From: Massalongia carnosa
Taxonomy: Eukaryota
Direction: 5' to 3'
NCBI GenBank assembly: GCA_965645245.1
Contig: OZ287077.1
Coordinates: 1,922,001-1,986,000 of the forward strand
DNA: 64,000 nt
Below are positions 14,741-27,100 of this stretch, piece after piece. Within the stretch, counting starts at the first letter, position 1. Each line of letters begins with the position of its first letter. The notes beneath the pieces were generated by a model, which saw only the letters and a program-made list of their open reading frames with translations, searched no databases and was not told the origin of the DNA. Made by a program: the position numbers and the translations under genes.

Positions 14741-17055
14741 GCAATGGAGAGCGTCATGCACAGGTTACCTACCTCTTCCTACTCCCGGATGGCCATCCTT
14801 CAAGATCTAGGCGTAGAAACATTAAATCAAAGCCAATGGGAATGGAGAGCGTTACGCACATATTATTATACTTTCCTTTGGGGAATAACTGCATGAAGCA
14901 CGTTCATATCTGCATTTTCTAGGTTGAAAGGGTAACTTCTTTTGTGGGCTTGAAAAAGATAGGAAGGTGGAGATAATTAGACATTTGTGCGTTAACCCGC
15001 TCTGCATGTGAACTTTGACAATCCGAAGGAAACACTTTAAAATACGATCAGAAAAGCAACAGCGTCGCGTACATGGTTTTCTCTCTCTTTCAAAATTCAT
15101 CAGCACAGTCAAGTCCAAATCCCGGAAAACTGTACACGTTGATCTACTGCAAATTTCCTTTTAACCATTTTTTAGTCTGAGAACAGGCTCGAGGAGAAAA
15201 TAAGCAACCCACAATTTATGGCTGGGTAGTGGATGGCCGCGCGCCGTCAAGTCAACCCTTTTAGAATCTCTCCCAGAAGCGAACGCCCGAGTACGACGCG
15301 CCGGAGTCGGAGCTGCCGTTATTTTGGGGTCCTGTTACGCACACTTGACATGATCGAACACATACGAAGGCAGCACACATTGGACCATACGCAGCTGGGG
15401 AGTATAACGCCATGTATATTTTCGGATTAACTCTGGATTAGGGCTGGACGGCCCTTTGGTACTTCGACAATGGACTTATCGTTTACTTGAGGATCGAAAC
15501 GTATTGGATGAGGTTCGGATCGTGATCGTTCCTTATGGTGAATCTGCGAAAGGTCTGAAATTGGTCGTGCTCGACGGCTCATTCTTGAACACGGAGACAT
15601 TTTTGGGCAGACCACGGTATCGAGATCTCCACAACAAGAATCTTGTGTTTAAACCCAAGGGTCGACTGCTGAGAGTATTCGTCCTAAACTCCACAGTTAT
15701 TTTCGACTCGGCTAGCGAATAGCCATAAGGAAATCAACTCACTCACGGGAGAAGGCTAAGCGATGTCAACAGGCAGTACGGGACATCCTGAGTACACAGG
15801 GGCCGGTCTGATCAATCCGAAAGGTCACTAGCATCGAGTCTTGAGCAAGCCAACGTCACAAGGCCATTAAGGACATAGCCATGATGTTGACAAGGCAATA
15901 GCGCAAGGCCTCCCAAGACTGGAACGCCAAACCCATATATCAAAGTTTTTCCGGTAGGTCGCCTTAATATCCGAAGTAGCATCCATTTCAGCAGCTAGAG
16001 AGAGCGTCGGTTACATATTTATGATCTTCTGCCACACTGGTTTCGATAAAAAGAGCAGAGGGATTGTCAACTATTCTATCCAAATACATCCTATTTTTCC
16101 AACCTCGCATAAATCGTTCCTTATCACCTCAAACTCTAATCATGACTCAAATATATTATCTGCGTGTCATCGATAGTTCAGCGCAAATTCTGGAAGGGTG
16201 AAGCCGAAAAATATGGATATGGAGAGTGCTACGTATGGATTCAACTCCCATTTCGGGCTCCCCTTCCTCAAAGAAAACCAGAATCCTGCAGCGGAGAAGA
16301 GCGATAAGAGTTACCCTCCAGCGGGTGCGCCCATGATGATAGGAAGACAAACAAACGGGAGAAGAGAACATGCGACCCTTCCTGGCTCGTCGTTCCTATC
16401 TCTACTAGCTATCTTCCTTCATACCTAGTCAAGAAGCTATCCAAAGCATGGGAAATGAAGAACGCTACGGACACGTTTACTATGCTTTCTTAGGCTGCGG
16501 CTTGAAGACAAATTGAAGTTCCGCGGCATCAAGTGTGTGTAATGTCCAGCGGTACGCATATATTTACCATTCTTCCCCGGCTGCTGTCTGAACCTATGCT
16601 CGAGAGTGTGGGCTATGGATATTTCCCCGCATGGCTTTGATGTGGCTCTCGGAGTACGCCCGTGATGATGATAGAGTGTGGGAAACGGAGAGCGCCACGC
16701 ACATATTTACTATGCTTCCCGGGCTACCATCTCAAGACAACCAGAGTTCTCGTCCAAGGAATTGTGGGTCAAGGCAAGCCCGGAGGGTGGCACCTCTGAT
16801 GATGTGATAAGTATGGGAATGGAGCGCGCCACGCACATATTTATCTCGTTTAGGAAGTGCACTCATTTAGATAATAAGCTGTACGAACAGATTGCTACAT
16901 GCACATCCTTCCCTTTCTTCCTGAGCTACTGGTTCTTGCTAATCCAAAGTCTTACGGTCAAGCATACTGGGCCACGAAGAGCCACGCTCATATTCAGCAG
17001 TCAGGCCAAGGATCACATGGAAACAAATGGGTAGCCCATATACTATATGTCTTTC
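14741..17055 (+). repeat. Degenerate repeat array, core ~GGGAAYGGAGAGCGYYACGCACATATTTA
   Basis: Clear copies near 14741, 14836, 16215, 16448, 16538, 16678 and 16813. Weaker copies near 14881, 16968 and 17019. Confidence 0.7.
15330..15960 (+). pseudogene. Fungal HNH-endonuclease-like (HNH_2-type) gene remnant
   Basis: Fragments occur in the order expected for this family but are broken by frameshifts and stops: KAAHIGPYAAGEYNAMYIFG, FDNGLIVYLRIE, LDEVRIVIVP, LKLVVLD, DLHNKNLVFKP and TGTPNPYIK. Confidence 0.55.
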
Positions 17056-18277
17056 CCTTTTTTGATCGGATTACTTTGACAGCGACTAGCTACATGCCAT
17101 CAATCAAGCTAGCTATTAGTTCGTCTAATTGGGAGATATCTTCGTCTATTTTCCATATTATCTCAAACGCAAAGTTGAGGCTCGGCTGAATGTCATCAAA
17201 GTGGAACTGTACACCGCTGACTTCTATGCTAAATGTGCAATCTTCATAGCCCAATGTCTTCAGGCTTTTCAACAAAAGCCAGCCACCAATGATACGGCTA
17301 AAGTCAACCCAACAAAATGGCCTATACTCCATACCCACCAGTCGCTTGCTACGTACGTCCGGTAAATCTCATTGTTCCAAAGTCTTGCCTAACTGCGTTT
17401 GAACATAGTCCTTCAACCCTAGGAAGCTAAAAGACAAGGACAAAGATGCCCCTATACCGTTACTTACAATCCCAGACATGTGCGTTTTCTCAACACTGGT
17501 GGAGAAACAGCAGCCCGGGCAAATTTCGTGCATTGTTAGCAAGATCTCGACGAGTTTATTCACATTAGAGGAAAGCCTAGACTCGAGGGAAAACTTCCTA
17601 AATTATATTAATTGCTATAAACGGGCAGTAGCCCGTTTGTCGAGGTTGACGGAGGTTCAGCGTGTATGCACGGGCCTATTGTACATATTTTTCATAATTG
17701 GTGGCTGGGTGGACGGGGGTTGGCTGGGCGGGTGAGCGAGTTGGAGAACTTGGACCGTGGATGCTTGCTGTCTGACTATCGCTCAGCCAACGGAGGAGCC
17801 GGTTCTGGAACCCAACCAGACGACAGTTTTTGGTTTCTCGGCTCATCTCTCGTTCTATTCCCTAGTAGATTATCGATATCGACATCAACAATGATATGGA
17901 GAGAGAGGTAGACGTGTATTTATCTATAAATATGAATGAACGAATAAACAAATATATAAAACGAAACATGATTATCAGACAGAAGCCCATTCATGTCTGA
18001 AAAGGGGAAATACCTGATGAGAGGAGGAGTCAGAAGGAAAAGATGGAACGGAGAGAGAGAGAGGATTTGGGTAGGGTGGGGATATTCGTTTCTCTCTTTT
18101 ATATCTCGTTCAGAAACTTCACAGGCTCCATCGCGCAAAGCTATGTAGATAGATTTCCTCATGACCGGGAAAGGGGGAGGGAGGGAGGAAGAGGGGTTCC
18201 GAATCAACTTCTTCCTTCCTTCCTTCCTCCGGACTACTGAACGAATGAATAGATAAAACGATTGCCGAAACCACGAC

Positions 18278-18319
18278 GAAGAAGAAGAAGAAGAAGAAGA
18301 AGAAGAAGAAGAAGAAGAA
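18278..18319. repeat. (GAA)n microsatellite
   Basis: Uninterrupted GAA run of about 14 units. Confidence 0.9.
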
Positions 18320-18530
18320 TGACAACACAAGGATTGCGGATTGAACGGATCTCCCAGGAGCCATTTTTACCCGCCAGACGTTTCCGGGGGGGGGGGGTTA
18401 ATAACGATAACTGCAATCCCACGAGAGCTGGAAGCTACCCCGGGAGCGGGTTACGTACAGATGGGAATCAAAGGAGGCCCTTGCCAACACGCTCCCCCAC
18501 CCCTCCTCCAAACCTCCACTCCCCCAATCC

Positions 18531-20200
18531 TCACTCGCCACTCCCCACCCCACCTGTCGCCCCACCGCCATACACCCCCCCGTCCAGGATCCAGGGCTCG
18601 TTGTCCTCGTCCTCGTCCTGCACGCGGCGCCACGCGCTCGTTCGGCTGCTTCTGGGACCGGCATCGGGTTTGTCATCCGGCGCGGTCTTGCCGTTGGCGT
18701 GGGCGTTACCGTTCCCCTTCTTCGTTCCAGCGGTCTTCTCCTTGTTTTTCCACACTGGCCGGATCAGTGGGCCGAGAAGTGGATTGTTGCTAAACGCCCC
18801 TCCTTTCCCGTTTTCTTTCACTCCCTCTGTTCCTTCGCCTTTATCATCCCCTCCCTCCTCCTTGTCCTTCAACCTGACCTCTCCCATCCTTCGCACGGCC
18901 TTTCCCCCTACCAAATCTAAACTAAGCACCACCCTTCTCTTCTCAAACTCCGGTTTTGCAGCCCATTCCTGTTCCCTCAGCACTTGCTGCTGCCTCTTCA
19001 GCTGCGCAGCTCGCTGCGCGGGCGTGCTCCACATGCTCTGACCAGCGGCTGGAACCTCGAAGTCGGCGGCTTCGTCGATGATGTGCGTACGGCGAGCGTT
19101 GTCCCGCTGGTAAGCAAGGAGCCTGTCGCGGTGTTGGCGCGCTAGGCTGAGGGTTGTTTCTGCGGCCGAAGCGCCGGAGGAGGATGGCAAGGGGTCTGTA
19201 CGTGCCGCAGGGGTGGAGAACGGGCGCGGTGCCTGTGCAACGTCGGCGCGGCGCTGCGATGCATTGTTGAGAGACATTTTCTCGGCCCCGCGCTCCTCGC
19301 GCAAGGATCGAATCATGGCATTGATCTCTTCGGAGGAGAGTAGCGGAGATGAGCAGAACGTGCAGGGTCCAAGGCCCTCCTTCACGCAGATGATTTTGCC
19401 GCACTCCAGGCAGTTCGGAGCGGCGGCTAGGAGGGGGTGGCGAGTTGCAAGACAGTTACAACGGCGCTCGGGGGGTGAGGCGGAGAGGGAGGGATTGGTT
19501 TGGAGTTCGAGCGTTCGGATTGCAGAATCCTTGGCGGAGATTAGTGTGCGAGATCTCAGAAAAGGAGGGTCGGAGGGGGGCAGACTAAATCTTGGAGCGT
19601 TGTGGATGCGCCGTGCATCGCAGGGCCACCGGAAAGGTTGATTTTCGCTTTGACGGCGGGTGATGATGCTCGGGAAGTAGTGCGGACGTTGGGTAGATCA
19701 GATATCAGGGGGCCAGAGGCGGATGGCGGAGGTTTCAGGGTGGGAGCTGGGGTGGGAAGTTGGCGGGCAGCTGGCTTATCGGAAAGAGCCAAGGCGCTGG
19801 GCTTGGGGCTCTCTTGACGATAACGAGGTCCAGAGATGTAGTCTTCCTCCTTCTTCTTGGAATAGGCGCCACTGGTATCCCCATGATTTTCAGGCCGCCG
19901 GGGCGGAGGAAGTTTATGGAGCGGTGCTTTTTTCTTGCGTCCTTTTCGCGGTGCGTCGGAGGAGGTAGGTTGGCTTGGAGGAGGCTGGGAAGAGACTGGG
20001 GCAGCCGAAGCATCCTGGCGAGAGTTGAAGGAGCTGATGAATTCTATGGCTCTTGGGGAGTCACCAAGAATGCCCTTGAGATGGGTTGCTGCTGCTTCTT
20101 TGGAGAGGGTGGAGCTGTAGTCGAGGATTTGCTGTAGAGACTCTTCATCCAGGGGCAGAAGCTGAGAGAGTTGTGCGATTGCCCCGGTTGAACCAGACAT
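18531..20200 (-). CDS. zf-C2HC5 protein, RQT4 / ASC-1 (TRIP4)-like, one intron (~19530-19587)
   Basis: N-terminus QLSQLLPLDEESLQQILDY. Exon 2 encodes CNCLATRHPL...PNCLECGKIIC...GPCTFC, followed by RDRLLAYQ...RTHIIDEAADF. Confidence 0.88.
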
Positions 20201-20387
20201 GATGAGGTGGAAATATGATGGGATGTAAGATCATCAAGAGGTTCTGCGGTTCTGTGGTTCTGTTGCTTTGATATCAATAGTACATTGTATCGGGATTTGG
20301 AATTTTGCATAGACTATTTCATGATCTTTGACAGCCAATCAACATCGACCTTTGTTGAACCAATCACATTCCTGTTCGCTAAGTATT

Positions 20388-20478
20388 AGCTCTATCAAAA
20401 TCAAATAGCTTTATCATACAGCTCTATCAAAAACTTTATCATACAGCTCTATCAAATCATAGTCAAATCATAGCTACG
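20388..20478. promoter_or_regulatory. Short tandem repeat forming a cluster of GATA (HGATAR) sites in the divergent RQT4-like / ferric reductase intergenic region
   Basis: AGCTCTATCAAA x3 and CTTTATCATAC x2 give TGATAG/TGATAA on the minus strand. A regulatory function is inferred only. Confidence 0.35.
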
Positions 20479-22270
20479 AAAGTGTTACGAAGTACTCGGT
20501 ACTCGTACTCGTTTCCCATCAGCCGGATTGGATGTTACGAGTTCGCAGACCGAGCAGAAGCAAGAGTTCCAGATCCTGATGGACGAACTGCTGCCCTGAA
20601 TCTTGGCCAGGAAAGGGTCACATGCTCGTGCAGTGAGCGCACAGGCAAAACGTGCCTGTTCTGCAGTACTCTGTACAGGGACAGACAGAATATGCAAACG
20701 CATATGGTCACCGTTGGCTGCAGAGACTTATCATCAGATCAGGCGATATCTGATCTGGACCGGTTTGCCACAAGGATGATAATGCAAAGATGATACATAC
20801 TCCGCATACTGTGCCGCCATCAGACCATCTGCAGGACCACCATGAAGGTGCGAAACACTGATGAGTTCGTCTTCTAGAAACGCACAAGCTCTTCGGAACC
20901 TTCAAGGCACATCAAGCGCATCATGAAGCTGTGCAATACAGAGTACAGAGCGCTCCGTGCAGAACAACCGTGCAGAAGAATCTGCTGTTAGTTGTGCGTG
21001 GTGGTGGTGGTGGTGGTGGTGGAATGTCCGAGCAGCAACCGGATGAATGTGGTCTCATCGTCAAGGAACCGAACACCCCTTTGAAGATGAAATGCCAACG
21101 CATGGCCTCGTTGGAGTGGGCTACCATGTGTCCACCAGTTAATTGAATCGACTCGATCCGTTCGTGCTTGCAAGCTGGATGATGTGTCGTGAACAGATTT
21201 GTCCCAGGTGCAATGTTCACAGATCCAGAAGTAGCCTAGAGCGACCACTCCCTGATGCAGACTAGCGCATAAAGTGCCAGTGGCATTATGTAATCCGTTT
21301 CGGGGCATTCAGAAAAGACCGAAAAACGACCTGAAAAAGAGAGACGGAAACAAATCATACGGGCGCTTAATCCTCACCCAACTTCTCGCCTTCGTCCACC
21401 AATAACACTCGTCTCTCTCATGCATCCTGCACGATCCTTACTTCGTGCCACCGTCGCTGCGTGCTGATTCGTGATCCCGGACGGAATCGAATGCAGAATG
21501 AATGAATCATAGCCACCCGGCTGCAGGGGCAAGACTCGATCGACAATAGCCGTAAGCCTGATTCGCCCATCAACGTGATAGCATCTGCTTAATCGACGGG
21601 GGAGTTCTTCACAAGACTGGCCAATGCGCGACGAACAAGACCCGCTGCGATGCTCAAGCTCCCATCATTCGAATATTGTGTGACGAACACTGACTGGCAC
21701 CAGTCAGTTCTCAAGCTTTGCCGAACGCCACCGTTCTTCAATATCATCCGGGCTTCGGCATTAGTTACCCCCTTACCCCCCCAAATCATCTTGGTGGATG
21801 CATGCACCCTGGCGGTTGAAGTTGTGGGGAATCTCCACTTGTGAATGCAAGGAAGACATATACCAAGGCAGGCCCAGTCGGATCAAATTCTTCGCACGTT
21901 CCAGCAGCTCCACCACCATTGACCCTACCTCGCCGTCCTTCCTGTCGGTCGGCTCTCTACCGGGAAGTCCTGGCATCCTTGGTTTCGGAAATACTGCCAA
22001 CAAATCCAGCGAAAATGGCATAGGGTTGGGTTTCTCGACGTGTGCACACCTAAAGGAAAAGTTGGAGGAGGCTAAAGACAGAATATATATACTTGGGAAG
22101 ACTTAACGGCGCATTTGTGCGCCGTGGACGAACGGTGCACCGGGGCTGCTGGTCTCCTCGGCCGAGGGTCCGCATTGCTTGGGCCGGTCAATAAAAACGC
22201 AAACGGGAGTTTTGTGGGGCTGTCGGACGTCACGTTGGACCAACGGCGGTCGGGCGCTATCGCATTCATC

Positions 22271-24559
22271 ATGCCTTTGCTATGGAATCTCGTCCGGGAG
22301 GGCACCCGCACGATGCCGATAATGTCCTTGACAAGAAGAATCAACATACCCGTGACAAGCACAAGCCCCGCTGGGCTCGTCGCAGCGAGCAAACAAGATC
22401 CATGGTCGGGGTCCGGAAAATATGCGCTGGGTTGGGTTTACTTCTCTATCATCCTGTTAATCATAACTTCCTCCATCCATTGCTATCACTGGTTAACGGA
22501 TCGAATACGAAGAGCGACGCACAAAGAGGAGGCCGGAAAACAGTCCATCACATCTTCACCGGACAGCGATTATGAGTTGGCCAGCCTACCGACCGGGGGC
22601 TCGGCGCGCAAGTTTTTCCCCCGCGGAGCGGACCTTTCGTTGGAGCCGCTGGACCAGTCGTCAATGTCATCGTTTGCGCCTTTGAACAACGCCATTGCGA
22701 TCGCTCGGTATGTCTTTTATCGACCGATACCCACGTTTCGATTCCGGAAGGTACAAATCGGGTTTCCGTCGGCTGGGGTGGTATTTATAGTCTCGGTGGC
22801 TTTTATTTTCGTCACGTTGTACTGTTTTATCCCGCACCCCTTATACTATTCCAGCATAGCGTTTGGCTCACCACCGTTGGCTATCCGGGCCGGCATGCTC
22901 GCAGTCGCCATGATGCCTTGGATCGTTGCCCTCAGCATGAAGGCGAACCTGGTAACCATGTTGACCGGAATTGGGCATGAAAGGCTGAACGTGCTGCACC
23001 GATGGGGCGGCTATTTGTGCCTCTTTCTCAGTCTGATCCATACAATCCCGTTTTACGTCACCCCGGTATGGGACAAGGGGGGCTTAACAACGTTCAAGGG
23101 CTACTTTTCCGGACAGTACTACGTCTATGGGACCGGATTAGCGGCTTTGGTGCCTCTTCTCGTCCTCTGCATCCATTCCCTGCCGTTTCTCCGGCGATGG
23201 ATGTATGAGCTGTTCGTGGCGTTGCACGTTCCCCTCTCCATCATCTACCTGGGGATGTTGTTCTGGCATTGCCACAATTACTTGACTTCATGGAACTATC
23301 TATTTGCGACGGCGGCCATCTGGTTGCTCTCCTACTGCGTTCGGATATTCTACCTCAACTGGACCAACCCAAGGCGAATATCGTGGTTGATAGGCGAAGA
23401 GGCTGCGGTGACGGTGCTGCCCGAAAACGCCGTCAAGGTCACCATCCCCACTCAAGTCAAGTGGAAACCAGGGCAGTACGTGTATCTGAGGATGCCCGGC
23501 ATTTCAGTCTTCGAGAACCATCCATTCACCATTGCCTCGCTCTGCAGCGACGATTTTCCCTCCGACTACGGAGAGCAATATCGGGACATGACCCTGGTGT
23601 TTCGTCCGTTCAGGGGCTTCACCAAAAAAGTGCTGGACTCCGCCATGGAGAGGGGCCCGCGCTCCACGTACCGCGCGTTCGTTGATGGGCCCTACGGTGG
23701 GATGCAGCGGGATATGGCCTCGTTCGAGACGGTGGTGTTGTTCGCGGGCGGGAGCGGCATCACCGCCATCGTCAGCCAGCTGCTGGACCTGATCAAGAAG
23801 ATGCGGGACGGCAAAGCCATGACCAAAAGGATTCGGGTGGTATGGGCGCTCAAGCGCCCCGATACGATGGAATGGTTCAAGGAGGAGCTCCGCATCTGTC
23901 GCGAGTTTGCCCCTCCGGAAACCGTGCATTGCCAATTCTTCATCACCGCCGCCAAACGAATCGTCCCTGGCGCCGCTCATCCTCCGGCGTCCCCCGCGCG
24001 TCCCGTCAGCGACTTGCTGCATGGCAAAATCAACGATGCGTTCCAGGGGGTGGCGAGCAAACGGCATTCGGCCCTCATCCGGGACGTAGCCGCCGGGGAC
24101 CCGGAAAAAGAACGCGAGCTCCGCCGCGAGAACGAAGACGGCATCACGGCCCTCCCCGCCCCCCCGACCTTCCCGCCACCACCGACGAAAGCCCACACGC
24201 GCAAAAAACCCTCGTTCCGCCTCGCTATCCCCGCTCCTCCCCCTCCCGACCCGAAGAACTTCGACTTCGGGTTCCCCTCCACCCCGACTATGCTGCAAAA
24301 GAACCTCATGCGCTTCGCTTTCCTCCCCTCGGTCAGCACGAAGAAGCAGGGCTGGCGCACCGAGTACGGGCGACCGGACATTCCGTTCATGCTGCGTGGG
24401 TTTGAGCGCGACTTTGGCCGCCGCACGTGCGTCTACGTGTGCGGCCCCCCAAGCATGCGCGTGGACGTGGCGACGTGCGTGGCACGCATGCAGCGCGAGG
24501 TGTGGGGCGATCCGAGCAAGGATGAGATTTTCCTGCACACGGAGAATTACGCCATCTGA
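22271..24559 (+). CDS. Ferric/cupric reductase (FRE/NOX-family integral membrane metalloreductase)
   Basis: Heme-ligand helices LHRWGG...LIHT and LHVP...FWHC, FAD motif HPFTIAS, NADPH motifs VDGPYG, AGGSGIT and YVCGPPSM, terminal HTENY. First in-frame ATG at 22271. Confidence 0.93.
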   Translation: MPLLWNLVREGTRTMPIMSLTRRINIPVTSTSPAGLVAASKQDPWSGSGKYALGWVYFSIILLIITSSIHCYHWLTDRIRRATHKEEAGKQSITSSPDSDYELASLPTGGSARKFFPRGADLSLEPLDQSSMSSFAPLNNAIAIARYVFYRPIPTFRFRKVQIGFPSAGVVFIVSVAFIFVTLYCFIPHPLYYSSIAFGSPPLAIRAGMLAVAMMPWIVALSMKANLVTMLTGIGHERLNVLHRWGGYLCLFLSLIHTIPFYVTPVWDKGGLTTFKGYFSGQYYVYGTGLAALVPLLVLCIHSLPFLRRWMYELFVALHVPLSIIYLGMLFWHCHNYLTSWNYLFATAAIWLLSYCVRIFYLNWTNPRRISWLIGEEAAVTVLPENAVKVTIPTQVKWKPGQYVYLRMPGISVFENHPFTIASLCSDDFPSDYGEQYRDMTLVFRPFRGFTKKVLDSAMERGPRSTYRAFVDGPYGGMQRDMASFETVVLFAGGSGITAIVSQLLDLIKKMRDGKAMTKRIRVVWALKRPDTMEWFKEELRICREFAPPETVHCQFFITAAKRIVPGAAHPPASPARPVSDLLHGKINDAFQGVASKRHSALIRDVAAGDPEKERELRRENEDGITALPAPPTFPPPPTKAHTRKKPSFRLAIPAPPPPDPKNFDFGFPSTPTMLQKNLMRFAFLPSVSTKKQGWRTEYGRPDIPFMLRGFERDFGRRTCVYVCGPPSMRVDVATCVARMQREVWGDPSKDEIFLHTENYAI

Positions 24560-24599
24560 TCGTGAGGGTGCTTGGGAAATAGAGGAGTTGGGCCTTGTA

Positions 24600-27100
24600 T
24601 GATACGAGTATTTTTTCTTAGATCGTTCTTGGTCTTTTTTGGGTGGGGTTCTTTTGCATAAAGAGAGAGAGCATGATCTCTCGGGCCCGCGGCCAGGGGT
24701 TTTGGGTGATAGCATCTGTATGGGGTTCGTTCGGCTGGACGCTGGCGTTGGAGGTGAAGACGGAGAGAGATTGACAATCTCCTCTTCGTTTGCTTGCTTT
24801 CATTCGTACTTATTTTCTCTCTTTCCTTCCTTTGGCCTATTTTGGCCTGTTGCGCCGTCCGTCTGGGCCGCGGTGCGATACGATGCGATATATACCTTCT
24901 CTCTATCGAGAATCTCCTTTTTTTTTTGGCCGTTACCATATTCTATCTATACTATATCCTAACCAACCATCTAACTAACGAACCTATCAGTCAATCAATC
25001 AGAAAACTTTCATCTCCTCCTGCACCCACTCATCTTGGCACTCACGTGGCTTTTCCCGAAGCCTGGTCACAATTTCATCAGTGGTTTAGTTTTACCCACA
25101 AAACACCCCCCCCCTTTTCCCTCATCTCCCATATTTTCAACCCCCCCAATTCCTCTCGCTGTCCGGGGGAAAAAGAAGAATCAGAGCACCATAGCCCGGT
25201 GTGGAATACTCGGGGGAGATGCAGATAGGTAGGTAAGTAAGAATTGAGCGATTTGAAATAAATAATAATAATAATAATAACTATAATAAAAAGAAGTAGA
25301 AGAAGATGGACGGACGCAAAAGATCCCCCCCAAAACACAGGGACGGTTACGCCTATGCCTATATCTAGATTTACATTTACATGTACGTATACATCTACCT
25401 ATGTCTGCGTACAAATCTACAACGCCAAGAAGAAGAAGAAGAAGAAAAACAAGAATCGAGATCAAAAGACGACGACTGTTCCGGGGGAAGTTTTTGGTTT
25501 TTTGTTCTGTCGTTCTTTCCTTTCTCTTTTCTTGCTTTATTTACTTGCCGACTTGCTTACTTATTCATCTTTCTACCTTGTTCTGTTTGTTTTGCTCTTT
25601 TTACCACGTATTACCTATCCACACATAGCTATCCATCCATTCATCCATCCAGCCATTCGTTTTGGTGGATTTTCTCCATCCGTTCGTTCATATTATCTTT
25701 TTTTTCCCTTCTTCTTCTTCTTCTTCTTCTTCTACTTCTTTGTTCCTTCCTCGGTTGGTTTTTTTCCCGCTGGCTGAGGAGGAGGGTTTCGGGGGAGGGT
25801 TTTTGGTTCATGAGAGTTGTTTTTTTGGGGGGGGGGAGGAGTGGGAAGGAAGGAGGGCAAAGATTGACTTGACTTAAGGAGGCGAGGGGGGGTTATATAG
25901 GAATGGGTGGTGGCACGGGTTTAGAGATTGGGCGATTATGGCTTTTCGGGGTGGGGGGGGGAGGACGCTTTACTTTTACTTTTACCCAGAAAGAAGTTTC
26001 TTTCAAACTCGAGAAATGCCAGGGTGAAGGGGGTGTTGAGAGAAAGAGAGCGAGACTGGCTGGCTGGCTGACTGGCTGATAATACATAACCAGGATGGAA
26101 GTTTCATCCTCTGTTAAAGGGATGTTTCCAAGCGAGCAGCAAAGGGGAAAACCCCCCGAGCGAAGGACGGGGAGGATAAAAAAAAGCGAGTACACTAACC
26201 TAGTCAGCGACTATGCTAGCGAAAGAGGGGAAGTCCAAGTCCCGGAGTTGAAGCAGAAGAACAGGGCTTTTTTTTTGGCGTGGGCACGTGTCTTTGTCCG
26301 TCTGTCCATCCATCCGTTTATGGTTCCTCTCTCAACTTTCCCCCCTCTCCACGTACCCAACAAACACATTCCCCCAAAAACACAACATAAACTTCCCAAT
26401 CCCCTAACCTCCCCTAGATATTAAAACCCATCAATGATTTGAACCAACGCCCACCACACCACCCGGCATCCCGTGACTACACAACTGCTAGCCGATCACA
26501 TGGTCATTCCCGGAAGAGGAAAGATGGGAGGGAATGGAGGGAAAGGAAGACTTGCCGGTGGCCGTGAGGGGGTTTTTGCGGCTTTGGTGGGATTGATAGG
26601 AAAAGGGAGTGAGTACGAGGAACGGGAATGGGATAGGGTGGGTAGGTGGGTGGTGGTGCTTGGAAGGGGCGAGAGGACCTTGGTTGGAAGTTTGGGTGGA
26701 CGAAAATTGTGGGGAAAAGAGATGAGGAGGTTGTTGCGGATGTATTAGCTGCTCCCATAGTCCTCAGAGTTCGATCTAGTATCCTTCCTGCGCGTTCAAT
26801 ATTTCCATCTCGCACCTCCTTGCGATTCAGTGGTGGAAAATTCGTCGTCTTTTTCTCGTTTCTTCCCTTGTCGTATCCTATTCTCACCTCTCCCTCTCTA
26901 CACGTTTAAGTTCGAATCCGCGCTGAAACCGAAACTACAAGTGAAACGGAAAAAAAGTAAACAACAACAACAACAACAACAAGTGATCAAATCCCCTAAA
27001 ACGCACATTTGTAGAGGGGGGGATGAAAAGACGGGATTTTCCGCATAGCCACTTCCCCCTCCCCGGCCCCGGAAAAGCGATGCAGGAGTAGCTAGATGAG
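24600..27100. repeat. Microsatellite-rich low-complexity intergenic tract
   Basis: (AAT)n ~25258, (AAG)n ~25428, (TTC)n ~25707, (CAA)n ~26960, GGCT and ATCC repeats, poly-G and poly-T runs. Confidence 0.7.

Noticed and set aside
14741..17055. CRISPR array
   Set aside because: Eukaryotic locus with highly degenerate repeats, irregular spacing, similarity extending into the spacers and no cas genes.
18262..19041. 259-aa poly-Arg/Pro ORF
   Set aside because: Arises from the GAA microsatellite and the antisense strand of the RQT4-like gene.
23504..24715. 403-aa antisense ORF
   Set aside because: Shadow of the GC-rich ferric reductase CDS, with no motifs.
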